Source: a virus. Taken from it: a DNA stretch of 64,000 nt. This document shows, piece by piece, positions 60,442 through 64,000 of this stretch; position 1 is the first letter of the stretch, and the number at the start of each line of letters is the position of its first letter. A program made the translations under genes and the position numbers. Where the stretch lies: positions 1-64,000 of the IMG/VR virus record IMGVR_UViG_3300017917_005108. One strand, given 5' to 3'. Under the pieces are notes generated by a model. That model was not told the origin of the DNA. It searched no databases and saw only the letters and a program-made list of their open reading frames with translations.

Positions 60442-61884
60442 TTATACAGTAATGCCTGTATAATTAGGTAACCTAGTTGGAGAATTATTTAGTACTTCAG
60501 AGCTAGTAGTATTTTGTGGGTTTAGCGTAGTGCTTGTTATTAAATCAGTGCTTCCGGAAGCAAAACTATCTGCTAAAGATGTTTCTCCTGAGCCACCGCT
60601 AGAAGCGCTTTCTCTTACTGTAATTTTATTTGTTTGTGACTTTAATTTATATGTGTATGCTAAGAAATTTTTAGTTTCGGATAGTAAGGATCTTAAAGTT
60701 ATTTTAACTTGATATGCATCAGGAATAATAGCTTCAATAGTACTAGATGTATAGTTTACTTGCGATCCTACATTTTGATTGTTTGGCATATAAGGTGTAG
60801 GTGAATCAGATGTTGGTGTTACAAAGAGTGAGTTAGGACCCTGTGGAAGATTAAATTTTAATTTTCTTCTAGCTCCTTTAAAAGTAACTACCATTTCAGA
60901 GATATAGCAAAATGGTATAAATTTTTGGCCTGGTATTTCAGCTTCATAAATTACAGGGGGTTCAATAACCGTTCTATTAATTCTTGATGGCTTGTTTTGA
61001 TATAAAAGTAAAAATAAAAATTGCCAGTTTTTAATAACATCTTCAAAAGTAGCACTTCCAGTATTGATAAGAGGAAAATTAATTACAAATTCTTCACCAT
61101 TTTGATCAAAATTATAAAATTTTGCTCTCTCTTGAAAAGAAAATCCAAATGATGATTGTAGTGACCCTATAACATCTGCTGCAGTTACTAATTTAGCTCT
61201 AGTTGGTGAAAATATATTTAAAGGAGCATCGTCACCAAATGTTACATTACTTGCGTTGTAGTAATCTTCAAAGTAAGGAAGTCTGTAATTAAACCCTGTT
61301 GGTTCAGTTAAGTATAAATCTTTATAAGCCCTTAGAAGATCGTCATTAAGTCTAGGATTATCATCTGTGGTATAGTTTTTTATATCTTCTGCAATTCTTG
61401 AATTAGATACAGACTGCCCTAGATTACCTATTTGCTGACCAACACTTTGTGCTATATTTGTAGATGCTATTCTTGTTAAGAAAGATGTAAAACTGCTAGA
61501 GACATTGCCTAGAGGTGTATTTACATTTAAATAATTTACAATATTAGATATACCTTCAACTGATGCTCCAAAAGATGATTTAATTTGAGCTATAACTGAA
61601 TTTGTTTTTAAGCGTTTCTCACTTAAAAAAATAGAAGGCACCTCTAATCTTGCAGGTTCACCTTTTTTAGAGTATGTCCAATAGAAATCTTTAACAACAT
61701 CAATAATAGTATATTTTCTATTTGGTCTTAGAACTGGTGGAATACTTTCAAGTCTAACATTTGAAGTAGAAGAGTTGTTCTGCGCAACATAATTTGTATT
61801 AAAATTGCCACCTAGCCCACCTGCGGTGTTTCCGTTAGAATTGTAAGCAAGTTCAGGGCCTGAAACTACATAATCTGTTGGCAT
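60442..61884 (-). CDS. Putative tail-tube initiator / baseplate protein (gp48/gp54-like)
   Basis: INFPLINT, PPVIYE..IPG....PFCYI....V...G, IIPDAYQVKITL. Confidence 0.5.
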   Translation of the reverse strand: MPTDYVVSGPELAYNSNGNTAGGLGGNFNTNYVAQNNSSTSNVRLESIPPVLRPNRKYTIIDVVKDFYWTYSKKGEPARLEVPSIFLSEKRLKTNSVIAQIKSSFGASVEGISNIVNYLNVNTPLGNVSSSFTSFLTRIASTNIAQSVGQQIGNLGQSVSNSRIAEDIKNYTTDDNPRLNDDLLRAYKDLYLTEPTGFNYRLPYFEDYYNASNVTFGDDAPLNIFSPTRAKLVTAADVIGSLQSSFGFSFQERAKFYNFDQNGEEFVINFPLINTGSATFEDVIKNWQFLFLLLYQNKPSRINRTVIEPPVIYEAEIPGQKFIPFCYISEMVVTFKGARRKLKFNLPQGPNSLFVTPTSDSPTPYMPNNQNVGSQVNYTSSTIEAIIPDAYQVKITLRSLLSETKNFLAYTYKLKSQTNKITVRESASSGGSGETSLADSFASGSTDLITSTTLNPQNTTSSEVLNNSPTRLPNYTGITV

Positions 61885-61894
61885 ACATTAATAT

Positions 61895-64000
61895 TTAAGC
61901 ATAAACTGTAGGTCCCTGTAGACCTACACGGTTTCTAAAAGATGTTGAAGTATAAGAATCTACATTTATTAAATTGTTATTAACAGCTGTATTAACCATA
62001 CTAACATTATTTCCTTCCTCAGTTAGTATTTGGTTTAATTCTGCTATTTTTTCTAAAAGAGTTGTTTGCTTTTTGACTTCAACAGTTGTTTCAAAAGTTC
62101 CTTTCTTTTGCTGTTCAACTAACTGTTTAAGAGCTTTTTCTACATTTTTATAACTTTCAGCTATTTGATCCTTCAGTGGATCAAAGACTCCTGCAGATTT
62201 AAATGCTAATATATTATCTTCTGAAGAAAACATTATTGGTGGTTGATTAGGTCTAGAGAGAAAGTCTTGTGCGACTCTTGTTTTATTACCAAATAGCTGT
62301 CCAAAGGGGCCCTGCTCTTTCCCAGGTTGCGTAGGCGCTGGCACGGAAGCTATATTACCTAATTTATCAAATTTCAATTTGTTTAAGTTTTCTACTGCAT
62401 TTTTAACTGAATCTGTACCGCCTGATCCTAAAGCTTTAAATATATGTTCTATAGCTTTAGCATTTCTGTCTAATTTATCCCCATCTATTTTTTCAAAATC
62501 TTTAATTATATCTAATGCAGATTTTTGACCGGTTAATTTACCCCAAAAATTAGTAAAAGTATTTGCAAGTGTTTGTGTTACACCAGTAAATGATTGTAAG
62601 GTTAGAGCACCAACTAAAGCAGAAATACCACCTGCAACTAATAGTAAATTACTGCCATTCATTTCAGAATATGACTTAAATAAATCTCTCAGCCCCTCAA
62701 AACCAGGCATTCCTTCTTCTAATGCTTTACCAATTAAATAAATAGAACCTGCTACCGCAGCACCACCTAAGAAAAATACTCCAAGCCCGGCTAAAACTAA
62801 CGGATCTGCTAAAACTGCACCAAATTTTCCCAATGCTACTAAACCGACTCCTAAAGCTCCTAATGCTGTACCAGCCTTTCCTATAGTTTCCCAGTTTATT
62901 GTATCCCACCCTTCTAAAGCAGCTTTAATTCCTTTCAAATAAAATATAATGCCTGCTCCTACACCTCCAGCCACTAAAAACGGTTTAATATCATTAAAAG
63001 TTGGGCCCATTTTGGAAGTAAAAAACAACACTCCAAATAAACCACCTATTGCTGCAGTGGCTTTACCTATTGTTTCCCATGAAATTTCCTCTAATGTTTT
63101 AAACGAATTAAAATAATACCCTAACGAATATACCAAAGCTGCAGTTGCAGCAGCATTTAAAACTCTTAGAGGTTTTGTAATAGCAGCAATTGCTGCGATT
63201 AAACCTACCGGTAAAGATAGTGAAAATAAAAATAATAAATTTTGATAAAAACTATTTTCAGATAGTTTTTTACCTAAATCATTCATATCATTTAAAAATC
63301 CAACAATCTCCTGTCTAATAACTGGAATATTTTTAAGCAATAAGTCAAATAAAACAGGTAATTGATTTAAAAGGCTATCTATTGTATCTAGTGTTCTATC
63401 AAAAAAGTATATTGCAGTGTCTGTAAAATCATCCCAAAATGGAAACAAATTCTTTCTCAAAGAGTCTAAGATATCTGGTAAATTTTGTTTTCCTGATTTT
63501 AAAACCATATCAATACTTTTTGCTATTTTTTCTATATTTTTTACAATATAAAATGCTAAGGCTATGCCGCCTGCTGTTAGCAATAAAGGTATTAGCTTAT
63601 TAAATGATCCTAGAAATCCAAATGCACCACCAATTAAATCACCTAGAAATCCTAATACGCCTCCTTTTTTTGCTGTTTTTTCTTTAGTTACTTTACCTAT
63701 TGCTTCAGCAATATCAGGTATAACTTTTTTAATAGTACTCTCTATACCTCTAAAAGTTTTTTTATCAAAAGTTACGGTTAATGCTTTTGATTTTTCAATT
63801 CCTTCTTCTTCTTTATTTGGCTCTAAATTTTCAAATAAATCTTTAAATTCTGTTTTATAAATTTTTGCTATTTTTTGTATTCTTCTTTTTTCGTTGCCCT
63901 GTACCCTTACATCATTCCTGTCCTCTAATAAAGCTTCTTTAACAGAAGATGTTATCCCTGTTTTTTGTTCTTTAGTTAAAGAGGTGTCTTTATTTAAAAA
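61895..64000 (-). CDS. Tape-measure-like protein (5' end beyond window)
   Basis: Frame checked open from 63583 to window edge; Ala/Gly/Leu amphipathic repeats, duplicated WETIGKA. Confidence 0.65.
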   Translation of the reverse strand, partial: FLNKDTSLTKEQKTGITSSVKEALLEDRNDVRVQGNEKRRIQKIAKIYKTEFKDLFENLEPNKEEEGIEKSKALTVTFDKKTFRGIESTIKKVIPDIAEAIGKVTKEKTAKKGGVLGFLGDLIGGAFGFLGSFNKLIPLLLTAGGIALAFYIVKNIEKIAKSIDMVLKSGKQNLPDILDSLRKNLFPFWDDFTDTAIYFFDRTLDTIDSLLNQLPVLFDLLLKNIPVIRQEIVGFLNDMNDLGKKLSENSFYQNLLFLFSLSLPVGLIAAIAAITKPLRVLNAAATAALVYSLGYYFNSFKTLEEISWETIGKATAAIGGLFGVLFFTSKMGPTFNDIKPFLVAGGVGAGIIFYLKGIKAALEGWDTINWETIGKAGTALGALGVGLVALGKFGAVLADPLVLAGLGVFFLGGAAVAGSIYLIGKALEEGMPGFEGLRDLFKSYSEMNGSNLLLVAGGISALVGALTLQSFTGVTQTLANTFTNFWGKLTGQKSALDIIKDFEKIDGDKLDRNAKAIEHIFKALGSGGTDSVKNAVENLNKLKFDKLGNIASVPAPTQPGKEQGPFGQLFGNKTRVAQDFLSRPNQPPIMFSSEDNILAFKSAGVFDPLKDQIAESYKNVEKALKQLVEQQKKGTFETTVEVKKQTTLLEKIAELNQILTEEGNNVSMVNTAVNNNLINVDSYTSTSFRNRVGLQGPTVYA

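Noticed and set aside
3429-63860. Short nested ORFs (3429, 5126, 11090, 11654, 15295, 16283, 20859, 21353, 24241, 29040, 33698, 34656, 36389, 37167, 43709, 43922, 48941, 50141, 50294, 56535, 60530, 62727, 63564)
   Set aside because: Lie within or across better-supported genes, antisense or out of frame, with no recognisable motifs
1-64000. Stop-codon reassignment
   Set aside because: Long intact ORFs and dense coding under the standard code; TAA, TAG and TGA all end genes

Overview
AT-rich segment of a large T4-like (contractile-tailed) dsDNA phage; ORFs read through in the standard code, with no rRNA, CRISPR or integrase seen. Left to right: (1) the end of a tail/LRR-type gene and a 406-nt tmRNA whose tag is 33 aa long and lacks the usual C-terminal Ala-Ala degron; (2) a glycan module (gmd, GT60-like peptide GlcNAc transferase, FkbM methyltransferase, GT4); (3) small phage genes (DUF5856-like, dCMP deaminase, PD-(D/E)XK nuclease); (4) a ~15-kb strand-switching enzyme island with six tandem radical SAM genes, an Asn-synthetase-like ligase, a 2OG-Fe(II) oxygenase, an SGNH protein, GT31/GT8/GT32, a PIG-L deacetylase and a UDP-sugar dehydrogenase, plus two paralogous four-Cys mini-domains; (5) ~30 kb of tail/fiber/baseplate genes, several built as shared ~80-aa module + (Pro-Thr)n stalk + variable binding head and rich in an LSA/LSS/LTG-type motif; (6) gp6/gp25/gp53/hub-like baseplate genes, clamp loader, dUTPase and a tape-measure-like gene running off the edge. 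Leading hypothesis (inference, untested): a phage-encoded virion glycosylation/tailoring system acting on modular, mucin-like tail appendages. All family assignments come from motif recognition by eye, not database searches.
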